A stretch of DNA of 54,575 bases. Origin: Octopus sinensis (lineage: Eukaryota). Under the pieces are notes generated by a model that worked only from the letters and a program-made list of their open reading frames with translations, was not told the DNA's origin and did no database searches. Positions 38,124 to 50,442 of this stretch are shown here, one piece after another (within the stretch, counting starts at the first letter, position 1; each line of letters opens with the position of its first letter). Made by a program: the position numbers and the translations under genes. The stretch is taken from positions 1 through 54,575 of the forward strand of contig NW_021834265.1 of the NCBI RefSeq assembly GCF_006345805.1, written 5' to 3'.

Positions 38124-38500
38124 GGAGGCGCACTGGCCCAGTGGTTAGGGCAGCGGACTCGCGGTCATAGGATTGCGGTTTCGATTCCCAGACCGGGCGT
38201 TGTGAGTGTTTATTGAGCGAAAAAAGCTCCACGAGGCTCCGGCAGGGGATGGTGGTGATCCCTGCTGTACTCTTTCACCACAACTTTCTCTCACTCTTAC
38301 TTCCTGTTTCTGTTGTACCTGTATTTCAAAGGGCCAGCCTTGTCACTCACTGTGTCACGCTGAATATCCCCGAGAACTACGTTAAGGGTACACGTGTCTG
38401 TGGAGTGCTCAGCCACTTACACGTTAATTTAACGAGCAGGCTGTTCCGTTGATTCGAATCAACCGGAACCCTCATCGTCGTAACCGACGGAGTGCTTCCA
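38124..38500 (+). mobile_element. SINE family C, full-length, with a tRNA-Arg-like head (anticodon-like TCG)
   Basis: A box TGGCCCAGTGG, B box GGTTTCGATTCC; highly similar to the reverse complement of 52048-52443. Confidence 0.9.
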
Positions 38501-39512
38501 AATACATACATACAAGCACATGTACGTATGTACGTATGTATACAATGCCAGAATGAGATCATATAATCAATCTATCAATATATTTATCTATATTTGCTCT
38601 AATCGACAAGATATGACACGTTATACTTTCAAGAATTTTTTGCATTCACAATCAATTACACACATACACACACAAACTCAGGTACACACACACATACACT
38701 CACACATACACACACAAACTCACGCACACACACATAACTACACATATCAGTATGTATGTGTGTATGGGCTTTAATCTATGCGTGTGTGTAAGTGCATTTG
38801 CGTGTGGGTGTGCCTGTGTATGTCTATCTTTTTAGCTGTGTATATATGTTTGTATGTATGTACGTATCTATCTATCTATTAAACTATTTATTAATCTATG
38901 AATACGTGTATGTTTGTATGTGTACGTATATTTCATGCTTGTATATATATATATATACATATATATATTCCTATGTATTTATATATATGTATGTATATAT
39001 GTATATATATATATATATGTGTGTTTATGTATATATATATATATACATACATATATATATATATATAGTGTTGTTGTGTTCCCTCTTGACTAGCTTCTGT
39101 AAGGGAGATAATCACTTCTAGATCAAACATGGCTTGATTAGAAGCTTGAAAGTTAATTTGAAGAGCAGTGAAGAAGATACATAGAATATACATAATTATC
39201 TATTTTTTTTTCTACTCTTTACTTGTCGTAAGTAATCTTGTACAGCTCTATGTCATTCGTATTAGAAATTTTCAGCATGAAGGCGAAAAATAGTTAAATA
39301 TATCTAGAAGCTTAACATTTCGTATAGATGGAAAATTATATATTCATATAGAAAGAGAGAGTGTGTGTGTTTGAGAAAGACAATGTGTTTGAGAGAGAGG
39401 GAGAGAAAGAGAGAGACACGGACAAATGTGCGTTTCTGTGTGTGTATGTATATAAATGTGTTTGTGTGTATTTGTTTGTGTGTATGTGTGTGAGTGTGTG
39501 TGTGTGTGTGTA

Positions 39513-39925
39513 CATTTGTTGGACAAAATAATGGAAACACCTAGCATCATAATTTTGAAATATCCATAAAACCTTCAAAAGCTTGTTCATTATTATGTTT
39601 TTTGATTTATTATTAGTGTTACTTAATATGTTTTACTAAAATTGCTGTTTCTTTTCAGATATCTTCAGAAAAAGATAATAAAATTCATTAAAATGTCAGA
39701 TATATCGGACTTTCAATGAGGTCAAAATATTGGTGCTCGTAGCGCAGGCTCCAATGTAACGAAAACAGCCGAAATGCTTGGTGTGTCAAGAAGTATGTCT
39801 CGAAAGAAATGACAGCCTTTGAGAAAGAGGGAAAAACCTCCTCGTCGAAACAAAACTCCGGGAGAAAACCAAAACTTTCAAATTGGGACCATCGGACTCT
39901 TACGCCAATTGTTAGAAAGGACTGT
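39513..39925 (+). mobile_element. Left end of a second Tc1-family element with transposase N-terminus (ATG at 39693), truncated
   Basis: TA-CATTTGTTGGACAAAATAATGGAAACACC end; MSDISDFQ*GQNIGAR.AG..VTKTAEMLGVSR...AFEKEGKTSS.KQNSGRKPKLS. Confidence 0.85.
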
Positions 39926-39939
39926 AATCAGAAAACAAC

Positions 39940-40620
39940 TACTTTTAAAATCTTATTTGTTGTTAACACAACGTTTCGGCTGATATACCCTCCAGCCTTC
40001 ATCAGGTGCCTTGGGGGGGGGGAAAATTCCAAACCTGGGTTCTCATTTCTAAGATATTTTTCGATGATGTTGTTATAATTATTATTATATGTTTTTGTTG
40101 TTTTTCAATTCACTGCTTGGACTCGAATCTTGGGGCTGGTAGCCTGCACTCTTAACCACTATGCCATATGCCCGTGGGCAATTACAGAGTGAATTCTAGG
40201 GTTTATAAATCTAATAGTTTTATATCTTTCCTTAATACCGGTTCCCATATGCTATTCATATCTGCACTCAATCTGCTCAGGAGGTTGTTGTGTCCTAGCA
40301 TTTGTGCTGCTTCTTTTAGTTTTCGTATTTTCCAATGGTGTTCTCTGTCTATTATTTTAACTTCATCCCACAGGTGGAGGTGGTCTCCGTTTTTTCATAC
40401 GTGATCAGCTATACCCGATTTATCAATTTCTCCCCGTGCCACAGCTTTGCGATGTTCGTCTAACCTTATTTTGATGGGGTGACATGTTTCGTCTTTGTAT
40501 AACCTACCACAGCTGCATGGGGTGGAGTACACGCAGTCTTTGGTCATGTTCTCTTCTATTGGTTGTTTTTACCCGAAGGAGATATTTGCGAAGTGTTGTA
40601 TTACTCTTGAATACTGTCCT
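39940..40620 (-). mobile_element. PLE family P3, 3' fragment: GIY-YIG pseudogene (~40225-40615), 3' UTR and HHR
   Basis: CVYSTPCSCGRLYKDETC.P.KIRLDEHRKA...KSGIADH...WDEVKIIDRE.HWK.RKLKEA. Confidence 0.88.
39965..40010 (-). ncRNA. Minimal type-I HHR motif, canonical CUGAUGA core (family H6), at the 3' end of PLE P3
   Basis: GGCAC-CTGATGA-A-GGCTG gagggtatat CAGCC-GAAA-CGT-T^GTGTT; palindromic helix III AACGTT. Confidence 0.75.
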
Positions 40621-40734
40621 GATGACATGTAATTCAATCTGAATTATAGTTATTCAAGTACGAACAAATAACGAGTGAAAATTTAGTCAGTGAACAAACG
40701 GGGAGTCAGTGGAAAAGAAGACGAAAGTAGCCAT

Positions 40735-40880
40735 TTTTTAGTACTCAACTGGTACTTATTTTGTTGATCCCGTAAGGATGAAAGGCTAAGTCGAACTCGG
40801 CAAATTTGATCTTAGTACGTAAAGAGGGACGAAATGCTGTTAAGAATTTTATCCGGCTTGCTAACGATTGTGCCAACTTA
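40735..40880 (-). mobile_element. SINE family A, diverged; another copy at ~41120-41332
   Basis: aactggtacttattttgttgatcccgtaaggatgaaaggctaagtcgaactcggc. Confidence 0.75.
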
Positions 40881-40887
40881 CTTATTA

Positions 40888-40948
<61 letters not shown>

Positions 40949-41997
40949 CAACAGCAGCAGCAGCAGCAGCAGTAACAACAAAAATAGCAGATTTCTTATG
41001 ATTATTTCTAGATTAGATGCAAAGCCTGTAATTTTTGGGGAAAGTTTTGCGATCATGTTTATCCCAACATTCGACTCCCACTTAATTTTATTCACTTTTG
41101 AGGGTTCGATGACATAATTATACTGCTTTCAAATTTTGGCACAATGCCAATTCTTGGGGGCAGGATAGTCGATTACACTGATTCTACATCGATTGGTAAT
41201 TATTTTATCGAACTTGAAAGTATAAAAAACAAAGTCGACCTCGGCGTAAATATGAAGTTAGAGCGTAAAGCCGAACGAAATACTGCTTAATATTCTCTCT
41301 GGTTTGCAAACGATTCTGCCTGCCGGCCACCTGAGTAGTGTTATTAAAGCCAGAAAATTCTTATTTTGGCACAAAAGTGATATCTTCGTCCAGAAGGGCG
41401 TTCGGCAATGTCAGTCCCAAACAATATTTGAACGCGCCACGTGAATTGATGCATAGAAATGGAAATTTATTCAGTAGCCGTAACGGTCTTATCACGACAT
41501 CCTTCTTGAGAGGAGAAGAAAAAAGATGGAAGACCATCGAGAATAACAGCAGCAACAATAAATAATATAATCAATAATTCCAACAGAAAAAGGAAACAAA
41601 ATAATATAAAAACAGAGGAGCAAAAGTAGCAACAAAAACTGCAAATGAACAACGAGTGTCTGTCCGAAATTCTGAGGGTTTAAGAGATTTAAGGCAAGGT
41701 ATTACAGTTATGATGAGGTGTCATCGTTTTATTGAAAAAGAAGCATTACAATGTCAATAGAACAACACAAGCAACAACAAAAACAATATCAACAACAATA
41801 ATGAATGACAAAAAAAACACACACACACACATATATATATACATATGAATATATGTTATATTTTTTGTTATTCATTATTGTTATAATATATATATATATA
41901 TATATATGTATGTTCCCAGCTGTCTTTCTCTCTCTCCTCCTCTCTTTCACTCACACTATGTACACATATCAATACATATGAGAATATATATACATAC

Positions 41998-42031
<34 letters not shown>

Positions 42032-42042
42032 GTATATATATG

Positions 42043-42097
<55 letters not shown>

Positions 42098-42374
42098 CGC
42101 AGACGCACACACATACATACTTGCACACACACGCACAAATATATATATATATGTGTGTGTGTATATCATTATTCCTTACCCCTCTCACTTGCCCTCCTTC
42201 TCACCATTTCGGGCCTGGACCTAACACTGTCACTATTGCTGCTTCGTTCCTTTACTCTCCCCTATTGATTGACTAATCTGCATTGGGATGGTTTAATCCA
42301 ACCATCTCATCCTTCCTTCTTTCCCAGTAGGTTTAGCTTCTTTTTGTCTACTTCAACTACTACTACTACTGCTG

Positions 42375-42410
<36 letters not shown>

Positions 42411-42794
42411 ACATCGCCAATAATACTGCTGCAGGCGCTGCTGCTACATGTTGCTGCATGCTTTGTTTTTATTTGTGTATCTAAATGTTCTTTGTTTATT
42501 GATAGTTTTTTTTTATTTCCTTGATTGTTTTTTTTTGTTTTATAATTGAACTTTGTTTCTTTGTTCCTATCCCGATTCTTATTTTTTTTTGTTCTTCTTT
42601 TTGGCGAAGATGTCAAGAAGACATCTTGTAGTATATAGGCGGTATATAGACATACTATTTCTCCCATCTGTCTTCCTGTTTCACTCTCTCTCTCTGTCTC
42701 TCTCTCTTTCTCCTTCTCTTTCCTATATATATATATATATATTATATATATACAGAAAAAGAGGTATGGATAGTTAGATGAGTATACTTTTACA

Positions 42795-42842
<48 letters not shown>

Positions 42843-42848
42843 AATATG

Positions 42849-42881
<33 letters not shown>

Positions 42882-42890
42882 ATGTGTGTG

Positions 42891-42925
<35 letters not shown>

Positions 42926-42932
42926 TAGATAG

Positions 42933-42968
<36 letters not shown>

Positions 42969-43112
42969 CAGATAGATAAAACTTACTTGGAAAATGATGC
43001 ATGGCGTTCGATCTTATAATAATATAAATAATATATATGTATGCACATATATTTATATATTATTTATATATATATATAGATAGATAGATATATATAAGCC
43101 TAAGGTTTCAAA

Positions 43113-43303
43113 AAAGCATCAACCGGCTAGAAATAAGAGCTAAAGTCGTAATTAAACCACTGTAAAACACCAACACAACAGAGAAATAACAGTAGGCGAG
43201 TAAAGGTTCCTTCCGTTTCCTCGTCTACTGTTATTTCTCTGTAATCTTGGTGATATGCCGTGGTTTAAGACTTTAGCTCTTATTTCCAGCAAGATGATGC
43301 TTT
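43113..43303. repeat. ~190-bp imperfect hairpin with a 23-bp inner stem and 19-nt loop
   Basis: gctagaaataagagctaaagtc/gactttagctcttatttccagc and acagagaaataacagtaggcgag/ctcgtctactgttatttctctgt. Confidence 0.9.
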
Positions 43304-43502
43304 CCTGCATACTTACGGTTCGTGCTAATTTGTATCTTATAGCTAAATAATGATTTTTGCCTACGAACCACCAATGTTACTTCTGTTGATGGCATCAATT
43401 TTAAATTTTATTCACAGATGGCATTAACTATAATGACATCTTATTTCAAACCTTATGTCTGAATGTCTTGTTCATATATATATCTATATATCTATATATC
43501 TA

Positions 43503-43589
<87 letters not shown>

Positions 43590-43599
43590 AGATATATAT

Positions 43600-43667
<68 letters not shown>

Positions 43668-43913
43668 CGTACATGTATATGCATATAATATCATAAGTAT
43701 ATGCTGCCATCCATTTCATCCCTTCGCTGTCGATAAAATAGGTACCGAGTTGAATACTGGATTCGATGTTGCTGATCTGCTATTGATAGTACAAAGGAAA
43801 TAATATATATATATAAATATATATATGTAACATATATATATATAATACTATATATATAATATATGAAAAACAATAAAAATAGAAAATGCTAAAATAATTT
43901 ATAGTGAACTATT

Positions 43914-43951
43914 CAGTACCGGTTTCGGTCATTTTGAGACCTTTTCAACTG
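43914..43951 (-). ncRNA. Minimal HHR motif, U3-A8 (family H1), sense to the PLE ORF
   Basis: CAG-TTGAAAA-GGTC tcaaaat GACC-GAAA-CCGGT-A^CTG; perfect stem II. Confidence 0.72.
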
Positions 43952-45211
43952 TACGATTAATAATTAATTTTAGAAAAATTAGAAGAAAAGTTTTTTTAAA
44001 AGAATATTTCTATAGTAGTGTTCAGATTTAAGAGGCATTCTGCCTTTCTCTGACTCCCTTTTTTGCACTTGTGTGTTAGTAGTTGTGAGCTCTTGGTAGG
44101 GTAGTAGAGAGAAGGCTGGTGAGGAAAGGGGGGTGGGAGAATCTGGGAGTGCCCTGATGGTCGTATTTTGAATGGTCAGTGGCGGCTGGCAGTCTCAGTC
44201 AATTCAGGAGAATATTTATATTGACAGGCTTCTTTATAGAATTAGCGTAGGTGTTATACTAAAAACATTAGTGACAAACTTAAGGGGTAGGGGGTGGAGA
44301 AGAAGAAGAAGAAGAAGAAGAAGGAGAAGGAGAAGGAGAAGATGACGATGATGGTGATGGTGGTGATGATTATGACGACGATGATGATGATACGATGATG
44401 ATGAAAGAAGAATAAAAGAAGGAGGAGAAGGAGAAGATTGTGGTGATGATGGTGGCGATGATGATGATGCCGATGATGATGATACGATGATGAGAAGAAA
44501 GAGGAAGAAGAAGAAGAAGAAAAACAGAGAAGGGGAATATTAATGTAAATATAGCTATGAAGGGGCTGATTAGTAATGTTCTATTGAGTGTAGTATTTGT
44601 GTGTGTATATATATTTTTTTCTTTTATTAAAAGTTGAGGTATATTAATTGTTTGTCGTAGACCCGTTAAGAAGTGGCTTGTATTTTGTAATAAAGAGATT
44701 TTCTTTACTTATTCGTTGTCTCGAGGTTGTATCGTCCCTAAATTGGTAGAGGGGGAAAATTCTGAAGTTTTGTGTTTTTTTGTTGGCGCAAGTATCTATG
44801 TGTTGGCTAAAAGCTATTTTTCTGTTTGGGGAATTTTTATCTGGGATCTGTGCAGGGCCATTCGTTTACGCAAACCATTTTTTGTTTGGCCTATGTACTG
44901 CTCTTGACACCCGATCGGTTTGTGCGTATATTAGGTTCTCCGAAGCACATGTGAAGTTGCTTTTCACTGTAAACGTTGTCCGTTTGAAGGAAACTCAGAA
45001 CCCTCGATTAGATAGTCGCATATCCCGCAATTGGGTCTTCCACATTTTTTTACTGTCGGCTTCTGTGTTGAAGAGTGAATTCGGGCTTGTGTAAGGAGAC
45101 TTAATGACAGAGAAAGGCAGAATGCCTCTTAAATCTTGAACACTACTATAGAAATATTCTTTTAAAAAAACTTTTCTTCTAATTTTTCTAAATTTAATTA
45201 TTTAATCGTTA

Positions 45212-45249
45212 CAGTTGAAAAGGGCTCAAAATGACCGAAACCGGTACTG
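45212..45249 (+). ncRNA. Minimal HHR motif, U3-A8 (family H1), in the inverted pLTR
   Basis: CAG-TTGAAAA-GGGC tcaaaat GACC-GAAA-CCGGT-A^CTG. Confidence 0.65.
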
Positions 45250-45348
45250 AATGTTCACTATAAATTATTTTAGCATTTTCTATTTTTTACTTGTTTTTTT
45301 CATATATATCAACTCGTGTGTTCCTTTTCACCCTTATACATATATATA

Positions 45349-45383
<35 letters not shown>

Positions 45384-46023
45384 TATGTATTTATGTATGC
45401 ATATATATATCATATATATATATATATATATTGTGTTGTGTGTGGTATATATATAGTATATATATAAATATATATGTGTATATATATTATATATATATAT
45501 ATATATATAATGAAAAGAATGTCTTTGGGAATTTTAACAAAACAATTGATTCTAATTGGACCTAGTCATTTTGTAGGAGCGGAGAAAATAAATTGCAATA
45601 AATTACAACTAATCGCTCTTGATATAAGATTTGGAAGTTACCATGCTTTACTTACAAAATTCACTCAGTAGTTGGTATCTACATTCGCCCGGAATATACT
45701 ACAAAAACAAAAGAAGAAGCGCATTACACATTGTAATGCGTTCTACAGAGGCCACGACTACAAATTTCACTCGCAGAGCATCCAGAGAGCGAAACGGAAA
45801 TATTGCTTTTGAATCTTGGCACAAGACCAGCAGTTTCGAAGGAGGAAGTATTCAACTGGTACATATTTTGTCGACCCCGACAGGATGGAAGATAATATAG
45901 ACATCAGGGGATTTTGAATTCAGAATGTAAAAAGGGACGAAATATCACTCAGCATTTAGGACCTTTTTCGTCACCTTACGAAACTGCAATATTAAAAATG
46001 TAAAACTACTGCTGCTGCTGCTG

Positions 46024-46062
<39 letters not shown>

Positions 46063-46090
46063 ATAATAATAATAATAATAATAATATAAT

Positions 46091-46121
<31 letters not shown>

Positions 46122-46848
46122 CAACAATAATAATAATAGCTGACTTTTACACTTGCAATCAAATGTTCTTTAGTATTATTTCTTATTCCGATTGCTCAGA
46201 CTGCAATTGCAGATCACCTACAAACAGATGAAACAATAATCTTTTAAAATGCCAGATCACTTTGATGTGCAGAGTATTGTTTGTTGGAGCAATTTTCAAC
46301 CTTTACCGTACCTGTCACTATACGAAAACTATACTCACCTCACACTCGGTCGCATAAATAAGACCTTACATACTATTACAACTACAACATCCTATAAACG
46401 TGATCCCTTTCATTGAGACCGAACACGTATGGAGAAGATGTAGAAAGCACGATAGATGCAACATCTAACCCCAAATCCTGCATACGATGTAGAAATCAAA
46501 TGTTAAACACCGACTTTATCAACAGGAGCGTTAAGTACCATCTGATCTCAGTGGGATGAATATCAAAGATCTCCATTCGGCTCTTTTCTGTGTCATTCTA
46601 ATCCATTCAATAAATAACTGTTTATTCTTGTCCTTGATACAATCAAACCAGTTTGTTCAATGTCTTCCTTTCAAGCGTTTACCATCTCTCTTTCCTCCTA
46701 GCATCAGTCACTAACCATGTACTTCTGAAAAGCTAGCAAAATTCTCAATCATCTACACACACCGGCAGTTTTTGTACGCCAACGGTCTGGCTTCTGCAGA
46801 ATATGAGCAGATTGTTTGTTCAATTGCCTTAACTTGAATCCCATGTCT

Positions 46849-47028
46849 GGAAAGTTCACCGTCATCAGTTCACCGCATGGAAAGTTCACCGTTATCAATT
46901 CACGGTAGGGAAAGTTCATCGTCATCAATTCACTGCAGAAAAAGTTCACCGACATCAATTAATCGTAGGGAAAATTCACCGTCATCAATTCATAGCAAGG
47001 AAAGTTTACTGTCATCAATTCACCGTTT
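46849..47028. repeat. Six copies of a 30-bp minisatellite (GGAAAGTTCACCGTCATCAATTCACNGYAG)
   Basis: Units start at 46849, 46879, 46909, 46939, 46969 and 46999. Confidence 0.95.
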
Positions 47029-47860
47029 TTTTGTTGTTGTTGTTGATTTTCAATAAAATAGTATTTTAACTATTATCGGTAAGGTACTATGGACGTATTT
47101 TCTCAGTAAACTTTCCTCGCGGTGAACATTCCTAACTGACCTTTGTTCGCGCTGAACTTTTTCCCAGCAGAAAAACTGATGGCGGTGAACTAACCTGTAA
47201 TCCTTGGAACCTTCCCAATGATGATTTTCTGAAAAATTCTTTCTTCTGACATGATCGTGGTACGAATTCTCTGGATTTGGTAAAAGAAATCCAAATTTTT
47301 GGTAAATTTTTGCTGTTTTCTTCCAGATTGTTCTTGTATGAAGAGCCAGTGGTTGTTCAATGTTTTTTTAGCGGCAGATCTTAATGTTGCTGTCCAGTAG
47401 ACCAGATTTTGGAAAAATCGCTGAAAAACTCCTGTCTGATATTTCTAATTCTGCATTTGATATCAGTTTCAGCTGCTCTGTCATCGCACGGAACTCTGTC
47501 ATGGTACGCAAATCAGTTCCCACCTTCGAAACATTGTTCTTTAATGATAGGGGAGATCCTTGTTCCTTGTGTGGTCATCATGACTTTCCTCGTCTCTGCA
47601 ATCCAATGGCGCATTCTTACAACGAAAGATGTTAATTACTCTTAAACGAAAATAGTCACAACTATCTATTGCCAAGTATATCATTAAGGACCGTGTCATT
47701 GAGAAGCAAGAGATACAGCAAAAAGAATTCTTATAGGCTTCGGATAACAGACAATAATTTTGGTGTTACATTTTTGGTTCACAATATGACGCAGCATCTC
47801 GTTGATGTTCTAATTGCCACAAATTATCAAAGAGCAATTTACACATACTATTATCAACAA

Positions 47861-47891
<31 letters not shown>

Positions 47892-47897
47892 CTACCT

Positions 47898-48117
47898 TAA
47901 TAATCCTTTCTATTATAGGCACAAGGCCTGGAATTTGGTGGAGTGGAATAATGGATTACATCGACCCCAATACTCAACTGGTGCTTAATTTACCGACTCC
48001 GAAAGGATGGAAGGTAAAGTTGACCTCGGCGGAATTTGATCTCAGAACGTAATGACGGACGAAATGCCGCTAAGCATTTCATCCGGCATGCTAAAGGTTC
48101 TGCCAGCTCGCCGCCTT
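47898..48117 (-). mobile_element. SINE family A, near full-length; other diverged copies at ~45805-45975 and ~48785-48910
   Basis: Diagnostic blocks and gccagctcgccgcctt head. Confidence 0.88.
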
Positions 48118-49155
48118 CATCTACCTTAATAATGTTGTCAATCAAATCTCTTTCTGACATTTAATTACCCAATGAACTAATCATACGAGCTGTTTGTAAG
48201 TCAGCAACGGATTTCATTACTTAATAACCATCTCTGCTATTTATTTACAATTTGTCTTATTTCAAACAATAATTGGGTGTCCTTTTGCAATGCAATAAAT
48301 AAAATGATAATAATGATTTCTAGCAAAAAGAGAGCTTCGAATTGTGCAGCGTAAACGATCAATTATATCAATTTCAGTTGTTGAAAGGTAATTATTTTAC
48401 TAACCCCAGAAGGATTAAAATCCTATGAAATTCGATGGGATTCGACCCAGAAAAAGAAACAACATAAAGACATGTTGTGTGTTACCTAAACCAATTCTGT
48501 TACTCATCATCTTATTGAAACAGGCTCCTCTGTAGCCAATCTGTTTATATATGCGCAGGGTTATGAAATATGTTGTTGAGAAAGACGGGCAGTTTGCACA
48601 AGAATACAATTTCTCACTCTTCATGTTACCAATGTTAATTCGAGGAAAACATCGCCAATCTGAGTTGACAGTCTGTCAAGAGCGTTGCCGCAGGGGCTAC
48701 CCTCAAAATACCAAGAGCTGTAAACAGCATAGCATCTCACCGACCCTCTAACAGTTCTGCCAATTCACCTCCATGCATTGGAATATGTTTTCGATTCCGA
48801 AAGAATAAAAGGCAAAATTGACCTCGACAGGATTTGAACTGCTAGTGCAAAGAATCGAAACAACCACCACAAGATATTCTAATCTAATACCCAAATGACT
48901 CTGCTAGTCCATTCTTATGAGGATAATGAATAGTATAAATAAATGCGCATGCATCAATCTGTGTCAGACTTATAATTTCTAATCTTGAATGAAGTTAATT
49001 CATACCTTCAGCAAATGTCATTCGGAAATGCATAAACGTCTAATCATCTCATAGTATAAACTAAGGGTTTGATGTTAGTACAGTTACCTATATTTAGTTC
49101 TGAGAAGGAAATTAAATGAAAATTTACATTTAGTAGAGTTTAATAATCACACACA

Positions 49156-49267
<112 letters not shown>

Positions 49268-49303
49268 CTCTACTTGTTTCTCTCCGTGTTTCTTTTCTGT
49301 GTA

Positions 49304-49341
49304 TCTTTCTGTTGAAGAGCGTAGGCTCGAAACGTAAAAGA
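49304..49341 (+). ncRNA. Minimal HHR-like motif (family H2)
   Basis: TCTTT-CTGTTGA-A-GAGC gtag GCTC-GAAA-CGT-A^AAAGA. Confidence 0.55.
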
Positions 49342-49822
49342 CTTGTTTTATTTATATTCCTGAGCGCCATACTAATACAATTGTTTGTTTGTATTCCACC
49401 TGCCTTCGTCTTTTGTTTATTTTCATAAAGCTTCCCGTTATATATGTATGTATGTATGTATGTTTGTATATATTGTGAGATCATAGGTTCGATTCTCAGG
49501 TCGGGTGTTGCATTGTGTTTTTGAGCAAAGCACTTCATTTTGAAGTTGCTCCACGATCATTTCTACATTTGACATGTGGCACCCGTTGCACATGTGCTGG
49601 TAATGTCGACTTGCCGGAGGGGGTGAGCTTATGTCTACACAAACATTTCATTACTATAAACAAGAAATGGACTTGTTTGATATTTTTGACCTTTTTGTTT
49701 ATCGCTCGAAGATTGACCGTTTTTTTCTAAAGGGCCAATCAAACAAGTCCATTTCTTTTTAAAGGTGTAGCGTTTGTAAGAGTCTAGATTGAATTGATAT
49801 ATCGGTTCCATTCTAGCAAAAA

Positions 49823-49860
49823 CTGTCTGATGAACGGCAACGAGAAACTCAGAGTAACAG
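49823..49860 (+). ncRNA. Minimal HHR motif (family H7), unit A
   Basis: CTGT-CTGATGA-ACG gcaa CGA-GAAA-CTCAGAGT-A^ACAG; helix III ACTC-A-GAGT; weak stem II. Confidence 0.62.
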
Positions 49861-49972
49861 ATTTTGTTGAATTTTCTGCTGCTTAAAATAAAGCATATTA
49901 CTCTACCACTGGTATTTGAGTACTCTTTTTTCCACCTTGATTCACATTTATGTGTTTACTCCGGTATATATA

Positions 49973-50029
<57 letters not shown>

Positions 50030-50192
50030 TATAAGAAATGGACTTGTTTGATTGGCCCTTTAGAAAAAAACGGTCAATCTTCGAGCGATAAACAAAAAGG
50101 TCAAAAATATCAAACAAGTCCATTCTTTTTAAAGGTGTAGCGTTTGTAAGAGTCTAGATTGAATTGATATATCGGTTCCATTCTAGCAAAAA

Positions 50193-50230
50193 CTGTCTGA
50201 TGAACGGCAACGAGAAACTCAGAGTAACAG
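50193..50230 (+). ncRNA. Minimal HHR motif (family H7), unit B
   Basis: Identical to the unit A motif. Confidence 0.62.
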
Positions 50231-50268
50231 ATTTTGTTGAATTTTCTGCTGCTTAAAATAAAGTATAT

Positions 50269-50300
<32 letters not shown>

Positions 50301-50404
50301 CCGGAGTAAACACATAAATGTGAAACAAGGTGGGAAAAAGAGTACTCAAATACCAGTGGTAGAGTAATATGCTTTATTTAAAGCAGCAGAAAATTCATCA
50401 AAAC

Positions 50405-50442
50405 CTGTTAATCTGAGTTTCCCGTTGCCGTTCATCGGACAG
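50405..50442 (-). ncRNA. HHR-like motif (family H7), unit C, with U4C and a helix III mismatch
   Basis: CTGT-CCGATGA-ACG gcaa CGG-GAAA-CTCAGATT-A^ACAG. Confidence 0.45.

Larger units (their letters stand above)
43873..45337 (-). mobile_element. PLE family P1, second copy: GIY-YIG remnant (~44660-45095) flanked by ~180-bp inverted pseudo-LTRs (43873-44052 and 45108-45287)
   Basis: Body homologous to 1-830; arms are near-perfect reverse complements, each with HHR H1. Confidence 0.9.

Noticed and set aside
38124-38200. tRNA-Arg gene
   Set aside because: The tRNA-like head continues into a ~300-bp body repeated at 52048-52443, so it is a SINE.
46849-47028. 30-bp repeats as a CRISPR array
   Set aside because: Units are contiguous with no unique spacers; eukaryotic context and no cas genes.
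47230-47650. Non-repetitive ORF-like stretch
   Set aside because: Short frames with no recognisable domain or clear splice pair.
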